From Carpediemonas membranifera BICM (lineage: Eukaryota; Protista; Fornicata): a DNA stretch of 64,000 nt. Location of the stretch: contig JAHDYR010000024.1 of assembly GCA_019828565.1 (NCBI GenBank), positions 280,834 through 344,833 on the forward strand. Direction: 5' to 3'. Under the pieces are notes generated by a model. It was not told the DNA's origin and did no database searches. It saw only the letters and a program-made list of their open reading frames with translations. A program made the translations under genes and the position numbers. Positions 35,580 to 47,749 of this stretch are shown piece after piece. The first letter of the stretch is position 1. Each line of letters starts with the position of its first letter.

Positions 35580-38500
35580 ATGAGAATAATATCGCTAAAC
35601 AGCGAAGGGCACCTAGCGGGCGCAAACGATTACAGCGGATCCATAGCTTTATCCATCCGCAAGAGGATAAGGACTGATGCGATCCTCCTCCAGGAAACCA
35701 AGCGGTACGGTAATACCACCATCCCTTGCTGGGTAGATCTCCAGTACGCCTGTGCAGGAGAGGTCAAGCCATTAGAGGCAACGCGCAAGCGACCCACAAA
35801 GGGACTGGCCACACTGATTAGCCCGCACTCCAAAGCGGAATGGGACGTAGGCGTGTCCGACGGGACGAACCCACGAATCCAAGTAAGCATCCTCAAAGCA
35901 TCGAGGGCCACGGCAGTCATCAATATCTACGCTCCCGATAGTGGATGTGCACGACCCGAGATTGAGGAGTTCGACCGGATGCTAGAGCAAACCGTCGCGA
36001 ACTATGAGGGGTGTGACATCATCATCATCGGGGACTGGAACAGGAGGCCAGGGAAACTCAGGCAAGCAACTGCGATGACCCTCCAGCGATGGAACCTCAC
36101 CCCAATAGCACCAACTGCACCGACGTACGGGACTAACTCCCGAACGTCCACAATAGACTATGCAGCGGTAACAGGGGGTATCCAAAACCCGGTTGTTAGG
36201 GTAATAGACAAGACCACAATCGGGCACTGGGGGTCGGCACACAAAGCCATAGAGCTCACCTGGGATAGCAACCCGACAGGGAAACCAGAGATATCAAAGA
36301 GACTGGAAATCCCACGGATCGATACGTGGCTGGTCAAACCCAGGAGAACAGGGCCCAAGCTAGAAGAGTGGCCACCACTAGACAGCAAAATACCAGTGGA
36401 CGAGATGGAGACTCTCATAAGGAAATGGTTGTCCACCGGGTTTGCTACCTCCAGAAGGCACCCATTCGCTGTAGAAAACCAGGAACGTATCCCTAGTGAG
36501 GTATGGGAACGGCTGGCCAAAGCCTCCACCTGGAGCAAAACCGCCGCCAAAGATATCAAAAAGTCCCTCAACGGAGCACTGAGCAGATCATGGAGGACCT
36601 TCCAACATGACTGGAATGAGCAGGTTGAGGTTGGATCCCGTGATGGGTACAAAACGACAAAAAGGATCCTCGCAAACCAAGTGTTCCGCTTCTGGAACGA
36701 GAAGCAGCACGCCGGTCTCCCGGTGATGCTGAAGGCTGGAAACAAGATTCTAGCAAGGCAGAGGGAGATTGCAGACTCCCTCCAGGAACAGTACGCGAAG
36801 GTAAGCTCCGGGAAGGAACCCACCTGGGAACCCACCTGGGAAACCGAGCCGGAAACGGACATGGAGGACCATCCGCCATCGCTTGAAGAAGTGACAGCGG
36901 CGGTCAAGTCCATAAGGAAGTCCTCGGCCGGAGGCCCGGACGGGATTATTGGAGATTGTCTGAGGGACCTCCCCGAGTCAGCGTACGAGGCAATCACAGT
37001 CCTGCTCGCGAAAGTATACGACAGCGGGACCATGCCAACCACATGGAAGTATGCAGCGGTGTCGCCTATCCACAAGGTTGGGAAGGACAAGCTCACGCCC
37101 AGCTCGTACAGACCGATCTCCCTCACCCCCCTCCTATACAGAGCCTACGGGAGGATACTGAAATGGCGCCTCAGGCCGACGGTGGAGAAGTTCATCCCCA
37201 GAGAGCAAGTTGGGTTCATGAAAGGGAAAACTGTAGTGGATCACATAGCCCTCCTAGCCCAACTCCACCAGTCCGGAAACCGTACCAGCGTCCTACTTGA
37301 CATAGCAAAAGCATATGATACGGTCCCAAGGGACCTGCTGGTGAACAAGTTGACGCTCATGGGGGTACACCCAAGACTGACGAGGGCCATCCGAAATACA
37401 CTTACAGAAACGTACATCTCGGTACGAGGGGCAAGCACATGGTCCAGAACAAACATGGGGGTCAAGCAAGGATGTGTGGTGGCCCCCACTCTGTTCATTC
37501 TCTTCACAGCTAACTGGCTAAGCCAGGCGGCACTGTACCTCCGGCATAGAGAGATCCCGGACCCCTGCCTCCCTCCAACGGACGATAGGCCCCCAAACTG
37601 CCTCATTGCAATGTTTGTAGATGATACAAGCATCTCAGCCGAGACCCCGCAGCTCGCCGAAGAAGGCACAGACGCAGTGGTCAGGGTAATTGAAGCCCAT
37701 GGACTCCAGACCAGCCCAGGCAAAAGTGTGGTGATAAGTACCGACGTAACTGCAGCGGTCAGCATCCAAGGAACTCCCACACTGGCGTCAGACTCAGCAA
37801 GGTATCTGGGACTCTGGCTAGCCAGCGGAAAGAATCCGTTGGCAGCATGCATCAAAATGAAGACGTCACAATCCCGGAAATACCTAGCCCTGGCAGGAGA
37901 GCAGGGTGGACCAAAGGATCCACCCCGGCCGCCACCTCGGAATCCATCCTCAGAACCTTCCTCTGGCCCAAGATCGAGTTCGGGATCGAGATCTGGGGCC
38001 AAGCGCCAGGGGAAGAGCCATCTGGAACAACTGGCGCGGCCTAATGGCAGGCACAGGACCAGGGGGAGGAGGAGCCGCCCGTGTACTAATGGGATGGATG
38101 TGCTGGGAGGCAGATATGGGGCAGAGAGCGGTGAGGCTCTATGAGTCTGCGCACGACCTGGACCGTCCGACCCCCCTAGGGAATCTGGACTGGGCGACAG
38201 CGGAGAGAGGATCGGTCTTACATCGCCTCTACCAATGGCGACGGAGCGTCCTCCAGGGCACACAGGAGGAGATGCCCGCCAGGGAAAGAGCAAAGAGGGG
38301 AGGCTGGACCCTCACAGCAGAAGAACTACTGCACACCGGGAGCCGAACGGCCAAAGGGGTGGCAACAGTACTAGCCCCGGAAGTCATCCTCAGCATGCAG
38401 CAAGGGAAGAGACCCAAGAAACCAGGAATGATCAAGGGTGAGATGATAACCAGACGGGAAGTCAAGAGAGTAATCATGACTGCATCCAACACACTCCCCT

Positions 38501-38949
38501 CCCCCAGCAACAGTGGCAGAAGCAGAGCCATACTTGGGAGCGCGATCGGCCAGCCCCAGGCCCTCCTGAGCAGGATCAAGCGGTGTTGCCCCCTATGTAC
38601 CCTGGACTCAGAAGGTGACACCATTACTCGCCTGTACACTGTCACCAGAACCGCGGCGGAAACCACCAAAATCCTCTCAGAATGGGCATACAACCAGCCC
38701 CTGGGAACACAAAGCCACATCATCTGCCAATGCAAGGCGGTAGAACGCCCAGAAGGATGGAATGACATCCTGGCGGAGGCGCATCTACGCACACAGTACC
38801 ACGCCCTAAGGCAAGGGCAGGAGGCGGAGTGGTACAACTCAAGGGCAATCCTGGAAATGCTCTGGCTCCTCCGCAGCGAGGACCATACCGTCAGAGAGGG
38901 ACTGCAGAACGGCAGACGTGCCCTTCTGAACCTCCGGAAAGACGGGTAA
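35580..38949 (+). CDS. APE endonuclease - reverse transcriptase - Cys/His domain (LINE ORF2), one frameshift near 37900
   Basis: SLN, LQET, NIYAP, GDWN, IDY; GPDG, YRPISL, DIAKAYD, GVKQG, FVDD, YLG; CPLC...HIICQC. Confidence 0.92.
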
Positions 38950-40138
38950 GTACACCATCCCAGAATCCTATGACCTCTGGGACCAGGGTCAAACTGGGAC
39001 CCAACCCCCCGCCTCAACCGAAGCGGAGCGCTCCTGGGATCAGCGGGGGACGCAAGCCCCACGTATCCCGGTAGCACCCAGCCGCGGAAGGGGGACTCAA
39101 CCCCGAACACTAATCTCGCTAACACACAAACGCTCACCCATACTGGGAACGTAGACAACATTCAGCCGGCAGAACCGGCACACTCTTCACACGTATAAGA
39201 AATAACCCAGAGCCATAGGGCGGGGCACGTATGCACATGTATACACGTACGTGCGAGGTATCGGGGCGCAGCAGCCAAACAGGAGGGTAACCATAAGGCA
39301 ACAATACCACCTGGGCGGCACCTGGACCAAAACAGAGCTGCGCCGAACGGCCCGGCACCCAAAACTGGGAACCAGCCGGAAGCTAGGAAGAAGCCCTATA
39401 GGGAACAAATCCTTGAGGAGGGGATCCATGCCGGAACGGAAAGTGTGGAAGAGCCCGAACGCAGCCGTGAATCATATAGCTACCCAGCGATGATCGGTGG
39501 GTTTCATAACTGGCCCAATTGCGTGGTACGGCAAACGCCAAGCCCGAAACCGCTTCGGCGGGTGCCTGAAAAATTGCAAACTGGGTCGAATGGTATGGAG
39601 AACATATCCCTGAGAGGAGCCCTGTAGGGGGAAACCGAGCAGAAGGCCCCGGTGGCGGGTGTGCAGGGCAAGGCCTTGCGGGTGCCAGGCAGAACGGGGG
39701 CCCGAAGGACCCCCAAGAGTAAGACCTGGGTTATCCCGACTTTGGGGGTATCGGGCCAGCCAGTTGATAGGTCAACATGCAAGGGACTACCCAGCCTTAC
39801 CAGCTGGACCCTGACGGTGATGGTGCTAACGCCCCCAACGTAGTATCAGGCTCGCTCACGAAGGGAAGTCAACACGCTAAGGCGTTCCCGGGGACATGGG
39901 GTGGTGCAAACTGGTAATTCCCTGATTTACACAGGTGTACAGGATACGTTAAATTTCTTTCTTTCTTTCGAGGTAGACAGACATGCCGCTGTCCTTATCC
40001 TTCCGAGTCAGGCTCCTCCTCGTCTGCCTACTTACCCTTCTTCTCCTCTGTCTCCACCTCCTTGTCCTCCTTCTTCTCCGTCTCAGCCTTCTCCTAAACG
40101 TACACAGTCGAACGCACTACAAAGGCATATCCAAATCT

Positions 40139-41736
40139 TTATTCAATCTCAACGACCTCGCACTTCTTCTGGTACAGCGTGGCGTGAGCCGGATCGCCTT
40201 CGATGACAATAGCGAAATTATCTGTCAACCCCCACAAGTCTGCATCGGGTGCAAGCATGGTGGTGCCATCAAACAGGTATAAGATGGCGGAGATGCCTTG
40301 CATGCCGTTGTATCCGTCGTATGACTGGACAACAAGGATGTTCCGCTTCTGCTTCCTCGCCCAGACTCGGATGGCGTTCGAGTTATAGTAGCCGGAGTCC
40401 GGATCTGTCAGGCTACGCTCCGTGACATTCTTCTTAGACCAGTACTTGGCCTTCACTGACTGGCAGAGGCCACGCTGCCACTTTTCGAAGTCGCCATCAA
40501 CTCTGCCACCCAACTCAATGGCTTGGAGACAATATGCAACGCAGTTGCCGTCACTCTTGACATGAATCGCGGTACAGCCAGCCGTGAGAGCCTCCGCGTT
40601 GATGCACGTCTGCACCGCGGCCTCAGAGGTGATGCGAGTCTGAGTCTCCGGCTCAGTCTGGATGCAGGCGTCGCATGTGTTCACCGCCTCCTCTTCTGCC
40701 TCACCCCTCTTCTCCTTCGCCTCCTCCTGCTCCTCATCTGACTCCTCCTCCTCTGACTCCTCCTCCGAGTCCTCAGGCCTGGCCTTCTCGGGCGTGATGA
40801 TGAGGGCCTTGCGCTTCACAGACATGGAGGCCTCGGGCTCGTTCGTAGCGCGTCGGGGGCAGGAAGTCCTGGAGAGCGTGCCAGACTGTGGCGGGATGGG
40901 GCTGCATGGGAGTGATGCATCCATGGACTTGTCAGCGTCATAGGCTGCCTCTCGCTCAGCCTGCTGCTGCAGAAGGCGTCGATGCAGCGTGATGACTTCC
41001 TCACTCTTTGCCGTCAAGCTCTTCCTCAACTGCTTGACTCTCTTCTTGTATCCTCGAACAATTTTGTGATAGTAATCGATGATAGCGCCAGTACCTGGGG
41101 GGAGCAGGGGCGTACCTTCTCCCGCGGGGGTCTCCAACCATTCCAGGGCGATGATGTACTCTTCGAAGTACGAGCGGCAGGAGTGCTTCATGTAAGCAAG
41201 GTCTGCCTCCTTGCTGCGCACCCTGGCAACCATTGCTGTGACATGGTCGCGCACAAGCGCGTTGGTGGATGTCGCGTTGCGCCACGCCCGAACCTTGACA
41301 CTCAGCGCCTCTTTTTCGATACGCGCGCCCTCATTCTCCTTGGCATACTCAGCCCTCTTGGAGTTCTTGAAGGCTGTGACAGCGGCCGACTCAAACGCCT
41401 TCATCTCCTTCTCCGTGAAGGTTGCCTCGATGTTCTCGTTCGAGGTCTTATCCTGCACCTGCTGAGACAGCAATGCCTCGAGTTCTTCCTTCTTCTCGCC
41501 CTGAATCTCGAAATATGAGCACAGGTGGTTGAAGTTGATCCCTATATAAACATTTGCACCAATTACGTACCGTTCTTGACGACTATATCGAAGATATCGT
41601 TCTCGTCGAGCAATTTGTCCCGAAGAACGGCACTCTTCGCCTTGTTTGTCTTCTTCTCCTTGAATTCGGTGATAACGGCCTCAATCACATCATCTGAGGT
41701 GCTCTCGATCCACTCGTGAAGGAATTCGAACGTCAT
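40139..41736 (-). CDS. Coiled-coil protein with C-terminal OTU-like cysteine protease domain; 29-nt intron at 41542..41570
   Basis: HVKSDGNCVAYCL (OTU D-G-N-C box) and a distal His in GDPAHAT. Removing the GTACGT...TATAG intron fuses the two ORFs in frame (~522 aa). Confidence 0.7.
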
Positions 41737-42851
41737 TCTTCTCTTCGTTATATCCCAATAATGGACATATAACAGAGATGAGAAAATTGCCAGTAACCGT
41801 AGGCAACGGAGTGTCGGAAACGTTATACCATACAAACGGGGGATATAATCGCTCCGAAAACATCCATTATGTGGACTGAATGGCGATATAACGTATGGGG
41901 AGTGATCCGGCGAGCTTTCGGGCGGTGCAGGCTAAGACACACCAAGTCTGTGGTGCTATAACGTACCTCGGGACGCACTGTGGAGGCCCCTAGAGTACTC
42001 GGTCATGGCATGTCAGACCAAGGGTCCCTCAAATCTGGCCCCATTCAGGATGCTCCCCCTAAATGTTCCGTTGCAAGCGTCTGACGGGCGTTCTCTGGAT
42101 ACCGACCAAGATGGAGGTCACGTGGATCAACGGACGATAATTGCGGTATTCTGGCCATGCCTGGTACTCTCAAATCATCTATACTAATCAGTGCTCCATT
42201 TATAGTTCATATCGTATGGTCCTGGTGGACTTATAGTTGTTGATGTTGTTTAGGGATAATTGTAGCTTTAATGATGCTCTGCGCCCGCATACTGATGTTT
42301 CTTAGTGTTGTACACATGCCTACTACGTTAAAGCCGCCAGTATTCTTCCTATTCTTCAGTTCGTCATTTCGGTCTCGTTGCGAGCATAAAGTGCGCGAAT
42401 GCGCGGGTCAGTTCCCCCGTTTTCAGCGAAGCTGATGCGACAACACAGAGGCAAGCGAATCCTTTCACCTCAGGCGTTGCCAAGAGGCCGTTGTCTGCCA
42501 GGATCTATAAGCAGTGATGAGATATACGGATTTCAGACTTTCTGCCTGCACGACCTCAAATGTTGACTCCCCTCGGCACCGAAAAGGCACCTATATCCAT
42601 GAATACCCTCTACAGTGATGTATCTACCCGATAAATGGATTTCAAATTTGTCGGGTCTCATGATAAATGGATTTCAGACTTTCGTACTGTTGGCCATCTG
42701 AGAATTAATGAACGACCTCTAGAATATTTTGAAATGCAAGAACGTGCCTATGGCACTCTTTTGTACCCCTGAACACGGTTTGACCACTGTTTTGGGCATT
42801 TGGAGAGATTCGAATTTTTGTGCATGACGAAAGTCTGAAATCCGTATATCG

Positions 42852-44075
42852 ATGGAAGGAAGCCCGCAGGAGATGGAAACAACCATGGAAGCTATGAAAG
42901 AAGCTTGGTTGAACAAGATTAAGAAGAAATCTTCCCGGAAAGCGGCTGCAAACAACCTTTCGCGGTTCGTTCAATTCGTACAACGTGAGCGAGGGAGTAC
43001 CGAGGACGAAGCGCTCTCCGTGATCCGATCCGAGGAGGTTAGATCGCTTGTGCCCGGTTTTGCTGCATCATTGAACAAGGCAACCGCTGCTGTCACTCTC
43101 AGTGCCGTCAACTCATTCCGAAACTCCGGCAGAGACAATGTCAAGCTGCTTGGGCAGTTTGAGCCTGTCGCATCGGAAGCTATTGTCCGACTAGTCTTCC
43201 CCTACAATGCGCTGGCTCTTATCATCAGCCACACGGGCATGACTGCCACATCAGCCCGCGATATTGATGTGAGCGAGCTCCAGATTCCCCCGGAACTCTC
43301 TGACTGGTTGCTATTCTCCAAGGCCTCATCCGCACTGTCTCATGTAGCGCCGAGCACCTTCTCGGAGGCTGTCAAGCAGGTCGGGCTCAGTGTCAACCAG
43401 CTTCGCTATGCGCCCCCGGTGCATGTCGATGTCAACCAGCTTAAGACGCGGGAGATTGAGACACAAAGACGGACTGGCAGGCCCAGGGATCCGATCAAGG
43501 TTCGTAAGGTCATTAAGGACAAGCGCATCAGCCTGACCGATGAGCAGTTCAGGCACCAGTTGGCGTCCAGTCACTTAACGACCACGCGGCGCCCAACGAT
43601 CCTCGATCTCAACCCGGAGATCCGAAGCTCTGCCGACCTGGTGCCGCCGACGCTCGATAACTGGCTTTACAACAGGCTCAAGGCCAGAATGATCGAGCTT
43701 CACGATACTAAGACGAAAGAGAGGCAGAGCGAGGCTGACAAGGAGGCGGAGTTCGGCTCGCCGACTCGCGAGACAGAGATGCCAGAGGGCGAGAGAGAGG
43801 GCGATACTGACGAGGAGGCGGTGTCCGACGAGCCAGCTTACCAGGCAGAGTGGATGCACTACGAGGTGCCAGCTCGCGAGGAGAGCGAGGAGGGCGCCTT
43901 TGGTGAGGAGGTGGACTTATGCAAGAGTGCCGATGAGGAACCAAAGATCGACCACGACGAGCATGGCGGGGAGGTGGCGGGCAGAGATGGTGATGGGGAG
44001 ATTCAAGAGAACGTGACTGATGAGGAGCGCTCAGAGAGCGATACTGCCGACAGTATCGTCTTTTCCTTCATCTGA
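42852..44075 (+). CDS. Tyrosine-recombinase-like protein with degenerate active site and acidic tail
   Basis: Helical N-terminal domain; LALIISHTGMTATSARDIDVSEL (box I, R replaced by T); VGLSVNQLRYA (box II, HxxR to NxxR); no recognisable catalytic Tyr segment. Confidence 0.5.
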   Translation: MEGSPQEMETTMEAMKEAWLNKIKKKSSRKAAANNLSRFVQFVQRERGSTEDEALSVIRSEEVRSLVPGFAASLNKATAAVTLSAVNSFRNSGRDNVKLLGQFEPVASEAIVRLVFPYNALALIISHTGMTATSARDIDVSELQIPPELSDWLLFSKASSALSHVAPSTFSEAVKQVGLSVNQLRYAPPVHVDVNQLKTREIETQRRTGRPRDPIKVRKVIKDKRISLTDEQFRHQLASSHLTTTRRPTILDLNPEIRSSADLVPPTLDNWLYNRLKARMIELHDTKTKERQSEADKEAEFGSPTRETEMPEGEREGDTDEEAVSDEPAYQAEWMHYEVPAREESEEGAFGEEVDLCKSADEEPKIDHDEHGGEVAGRDGDGEIQENVTDEERSESDTADSIVFSFI

Positions 44076-44239
44076 CATTGTAAAGAGGAAGAGTTTATGA
44101 TTGGAGCATAGCTGATGTCCATAAACACCATTCATAAGCCAGTCCTGTCTTGTTTTCCACTGCTACTTCTCTCGTTGCGACGCACAGCTAGCTGTCGCGA
44201 AATGCACTTTAAGACCGAATTTCACACAGCTACCTGTGC

Positions 44240-45535
44240 ATGGTGTTCGAGCTAGATAGCGACAAGCTGGAGCGACTTACTTCCTTACCTGGTAATAGTA
44301 GACAATATCTGCACGACTTTGAACCTGAAAAGCTGCAGGTCGTGATCAAAGTTGATGAGCATTATGGTATGGAGGTTCCCACCCTGCTAGCGCTCAAGGA
44401 CAGTCCGCATGTCCTCCCTGTCGTCGATACAGGTTTTGTCGACCGTGATCCAGCCTTCATGGCTCCTTTGGTCAACTGTACCCCCTTCGCTGGCATCTGC
44501 AAGGCTCACTCCAGCGTGCAGTTCCGCTATGTTTCGCATCTGCTGCAGGCAGTATGCTACATGCATGACCACGGGGTTGTCCATTGCGATATTAAGCCAG
44601 ACAACTTCCTCTTCAGCAAGAGTCAGAAGGGATACCTCATTGATTTTGGGTCTGCAATGAGGAAGCCGGCTAATGGCGACGACAGGTGGGCCATACAACT
44701 GAGATTCGCATCCGAGTATCGCGGCACCCATGGATATTTGCCCCCAGAGCTTTTCTACGAGTACCTTGTCTCGCGCTCAGTGATTCCTGCTGCACGCGAC
44801 ACCTCCAAGCTCGCGCGCATGACGGCAGGGGCTCTTTCCGTCACTTCTTATGTCGTGACACCTGCATCGGACATTTACTCTTGCGGTATTGTCATTATGA
44901 TGCTCGTTAACGGTCTCTCTAAGTCCCCCTTTGCCGCGAAGGTGACTGACATGGGTGCAAACATGGCGCAGATCGACAACAAGAAGAAGAAGAAGATGCT
45001 GAAGCTTGGTAGCTTGCTGAACTGGTGCCAATTCTATGGTGGGCAGTTGCAGTTGTCACCTCAGGCACAGACACATTTCAAAGATTGCCTCGAGTGTGTC
45101 AACGTGAACTCTGAGCTCCCGATTCGCGGCACCACGCCACCTACTTGTCTCAGCCTGTACGACCTGGCAATGCAGATGCTCCACTTCGACCCAACGAAGC
45201 GTCCCACTGCTGCCGAATGTCTTGACAAGCTCAAGGTCATCATGCGCGTGCATGAATGCGTCGCCAAGCCGAGTCCGCTTCTGTTAGATGATACAGAAGA
45301 GGTCACCCTGTCTGCAGCTCAGCGAAAGAGACTGACCGACTGCTGTCAGCGAGGGTTTGAGGGTCAAGTCTTCTATCGGCGCTGCATAGTGTGTGGTAGA
45401 GACCTTCATGGACGCGAGAACGTCAGCTGTGACACATGCCACAAGGGATACAGGCAGGTGAGCACCAATAAGTGCGCAAAAGGTGTGCGCGGAAGACTGC
45501 ACAGGCAGTTTATTGCGATGATTGAGCGGACGTAA
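44240..45535 (+). CDS. Ser/Thr protein kinase with C-terminal Cys4 zinc ribbon
   Basis: VVIK, HCDIKPDN, DFG, GTHGYLPPE, DIYSCG, KRPTA; C-terminal CIVCG...CDTC; no obvious Gly-rich loop. Confidence 0.92.
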   Translation: MVFELDSDKLERLTSLPGNSRQYLHDFEPEKLQVVIKVDEHYGMEVPTLLALKDSPHVLPVVDTGFVDRDPAFMAPLVNCTPFAGICKAHSSVQFRYVSHLLQAVCYMHDHGVVHCDIKPDNFLFSKSQKGYLIDFGSAMRKPANGDDRWAIQLRFASEYRGTHGYLPPELFYEYLVSRSVIPAARDTSKLARMTAGALSVTSYVVTPASDIYSCGIVIMMLVNGLSKSPFAAKVTDMGANMAQIDNKKKKKMLKLGSLLNWCQFYGGQLQLSPQAQTHFKDCLECVNVNSELPIRGTTPPTCLSLYDLAMQMLHFDPTKRPTAAECLDKLKVIMRVHECVAKPSPLLLDDTEEVTLSAAQRKRLTDCCQRGFEGQVFYRRCIVCGRDLHGRENVSCDTCHKGYRQVSTNKCAKGVRGRLHRQFIAMIERT

Positions 45536-45694
45536 AGAGATTGATACTTTCTGTGATGCAGGAATGAGATCAATGCTGCTGACAGGTCTCGAGATGGCAG
45601 AGGTGCTGGAGAAGAGAGAGCAGAAAAGGCATCAGAAGTAAATGAACGAAGTAAATAAGTCGTGGGAATGACTCAAACACTGACTAAGCCATCG

Positions 45695-46396
45695 ACTTGG
45701 CGCAGCTGACCACAAATTGTTCTGATTTCATTTAGTGTGCACTTTAGGGGATAGTTTCATTGCAACGCCAAAATGGCGAGTTCAGGTTGTAGCAATGATC
45801 TGATGCGCGGAATGTACTAGAAAACATTGCAATTACAACGCAAAGCAGCGAAAAGCGGAGAAATCAACATCAATAACAACATCAACACCAAAAGAACAGT
45901 ATCCCAAAGAATTGTGGGAGTTGCTGCGCCAAAGAGCAATAAATGACCACAAAGCATTCGCTTATGCACAATTAGCTGCCAGAAAGAACACTACACCGTT
46001 ACTTTGGATCATTCCAGTTCGCCGGAGATGACGCAGGTCCAGAACGCTGCCTTGGAGGGCTGGTGAAGCGGTAGTGTAGCGCTTACTCGCCAAGCGGGCG
46101 ATGGTCTCGACGGGACGGTTGACGGTCTCAAGGTGGCCCTGCTCTTCGACGTACCAGGCGGACATGCCGATGACGGAGCGGCGCTGACCCTGGCGGACGT
46201 TATATTCGCCCTGGGTGAAGCTGTTCTTGCCGCAGTACACGTCGATACCGATGGTGAGGCAGGGCTGTAGCATGGAGGCCGAGAAACCATAAACTGCACG
46301 GATCCACAAACGTGGATTGGCCTGAACGACAGCGCTGATGCCCAGACAGGCATATATACATTCATTTATTCCTGTCTCGCTCTCTTGCCTGTCGGA
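45695..46396. repeat. ~700-bp internal direct repeat (second copy 49127..49829; its 5' ~215 bp also at 51361..51574)
   Basis: Direct sequence identity. Confidence 0.92.
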
Positions 46397-47379
46397 TCGC
46401 GACGCTTGACCCACTCAAATGCCTCATCTGTGAGATAGACAGAGACGTCGCGAGTATTCCCAATCTTAACCTTCCGAATCAACGTTCTGCAAGGATCTTT
46501 GGGTGTCGTCGTTGAGGTACGACGGCAAGCCCACTCTGAGGTCTCGCATGAGCCCCCGCACACGATGCAACGTCCTGACAGGACAAGCGGGGGGTCATGC
46601 GTTCTGGCCATAGCTAACTGGTCCACCTGGCTAGCAGTCAGTGTGCGGGACATGAGCGTACCGCGCGTCTTGCCCGTGTCTTCGGGCCTGGGCCTCGGCT
46701 CATCCAGGTCTCCGACGTCCGAAGTCGTCATCGTTGCCTGCTCCAAAGTGGTGGGCACCGGCTGAGACCTGACACCTGGCAGCCTGAGCATGGTCTTACG
46801 GCCGCCGCTACGCAGCCTCTCAATCTCATCCTCAAGAATGCTGACCTTCTTCGTCAGAGCATGATGTTCACTTGTCGCAACGAGCGACACTGGCGACTTA
46901 AGCAGCGCGATGAACGCCCTGACGTTATCGTGCAATGGAACCGAGAAGGCCTGGGCCAAGCTCTCGACCAGCTCCAGGACCTTGGGCAGGGTGCCGGGCT
47001 CAAGCTCATTGTGAGCTGCGCGGTTCCGGTACTCAACGAGATCACGAATGATCTTGGCATGGGCTTTGTTGTACGCCGCTCGATTGGACATCACACGAAG
47101 GATTCTTGATGAATCCACGTCCTGTTCGAGCTCTTTGCCGAGGAGGTCCTTCTCGGTGCTATTGGGCTTGCACCCGGGGTTAAATTCAGGCGAGGCCAAG
47201 ATCTTCCGCATCCAAGGGACCATCATGGCGAGCAGCTGAAGAACTCGCGCATTATCGCCAAGGATGCGGAGCTGCTCATCGTTCCATGGTGAAATGAACA
47301 GGTGATGATCTTGTCGAGCGGATGATTGCCCTTTGAGAGGTGCTTGGCGATGCTTAGCGCGATATCGGTTCATCCACAA
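46366..47379 (-). CDS. HEPN-motif (Swt1-like) protein with coiled coil and C-terminal Cys motif
   Basis: Helical domain D...ILRVM...IIRDLVEYRNRAAHN (R-x4-H); CIVCG motif shared with the kinase tail. Confidence 0.6.
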   Translation of the reverse strand: MWMNRYRAKHRQAPLKGQSSARQDHHLFISPWNDEQLRILGDNARVLQLLAMMVPWMRKILASPEFNPGCKPNSTEKDLLGKELEQDVDSSRILRVMSNRAAYNKAHAKIIRDLVEYRNRAAHNELEPGTLPKVLELVESLAQAFSVPLHDNVRAFIALLKSPVSLVATSEHHALTKKVSILEDEIERLRSGGRKTMLRLPGVRSQPVPTTLEQATMTTSDVGDLDEPRPRPEDTGKTRGTLMSRTLTASQVDQLAMARTHDPPLVLSGRCIVCGGSCETSEWACRRTSTTTPKDPCRTLIRKVKIGNTRDVSVYLTDEAFEWVKRRDPTGKRARQE

Positions 47380-47749
47380 CTGTGGATGACGAGCAATTTA
47401 AGGTAGAAGCCCCATCAGTCAATAACCCCGTCCTATCGTGCAATAGAACACAGTTAACACTTATTTCCATGCGCAGCAACACAGCATGTGGCGGAGAGGC
47501 GCCCGGTATGGACGACACCAGGTGATCCACAAACGTGGATTGGCCAATTACGTCTGCTTTCCTCAGTAAAAGTACACTCCAATCCCAAACTGGGTACGTA
47601 CGTTATCACGCAAGCCCCACAGACCCTTGGGTGTCCCGGGGATGTGGGCGTGTGATCCAGAGGTATTGTCTAATCTTCGACTATTGGGTCTGGGGACCGG
47701 AGCCTGGAGAGACCGTCACAGCAGGATAATATGACGCAGGCGGGTCAGC

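Larger units (their letters stand above)
25256..39969 (+). mobile_element. Large APE-RT non-LTR retrotransposon (LINE), 5' end uncertain, interrupted by an LTR element
   Basis: Long upstream ORF region, APE-RT ORF, ~1-kb 3' UTR and (TTTC)4 tail at 39954..39969; uniform A/C/G-rich composition. No TSD found. Confidence 0.7.

Noticed and set aside
42852-44075. Starship-type captain recombinase mobilising the element
   Set aside because: It is internal, lacks catalytic residues, and the ends (TIRs plus TSD) fit a DDE transposase.
47561-47573. 13-bp match to the Gypsy LTR (CCTCAGTAAAAGT)
   Set aside because: Too short to call a solo LTR.
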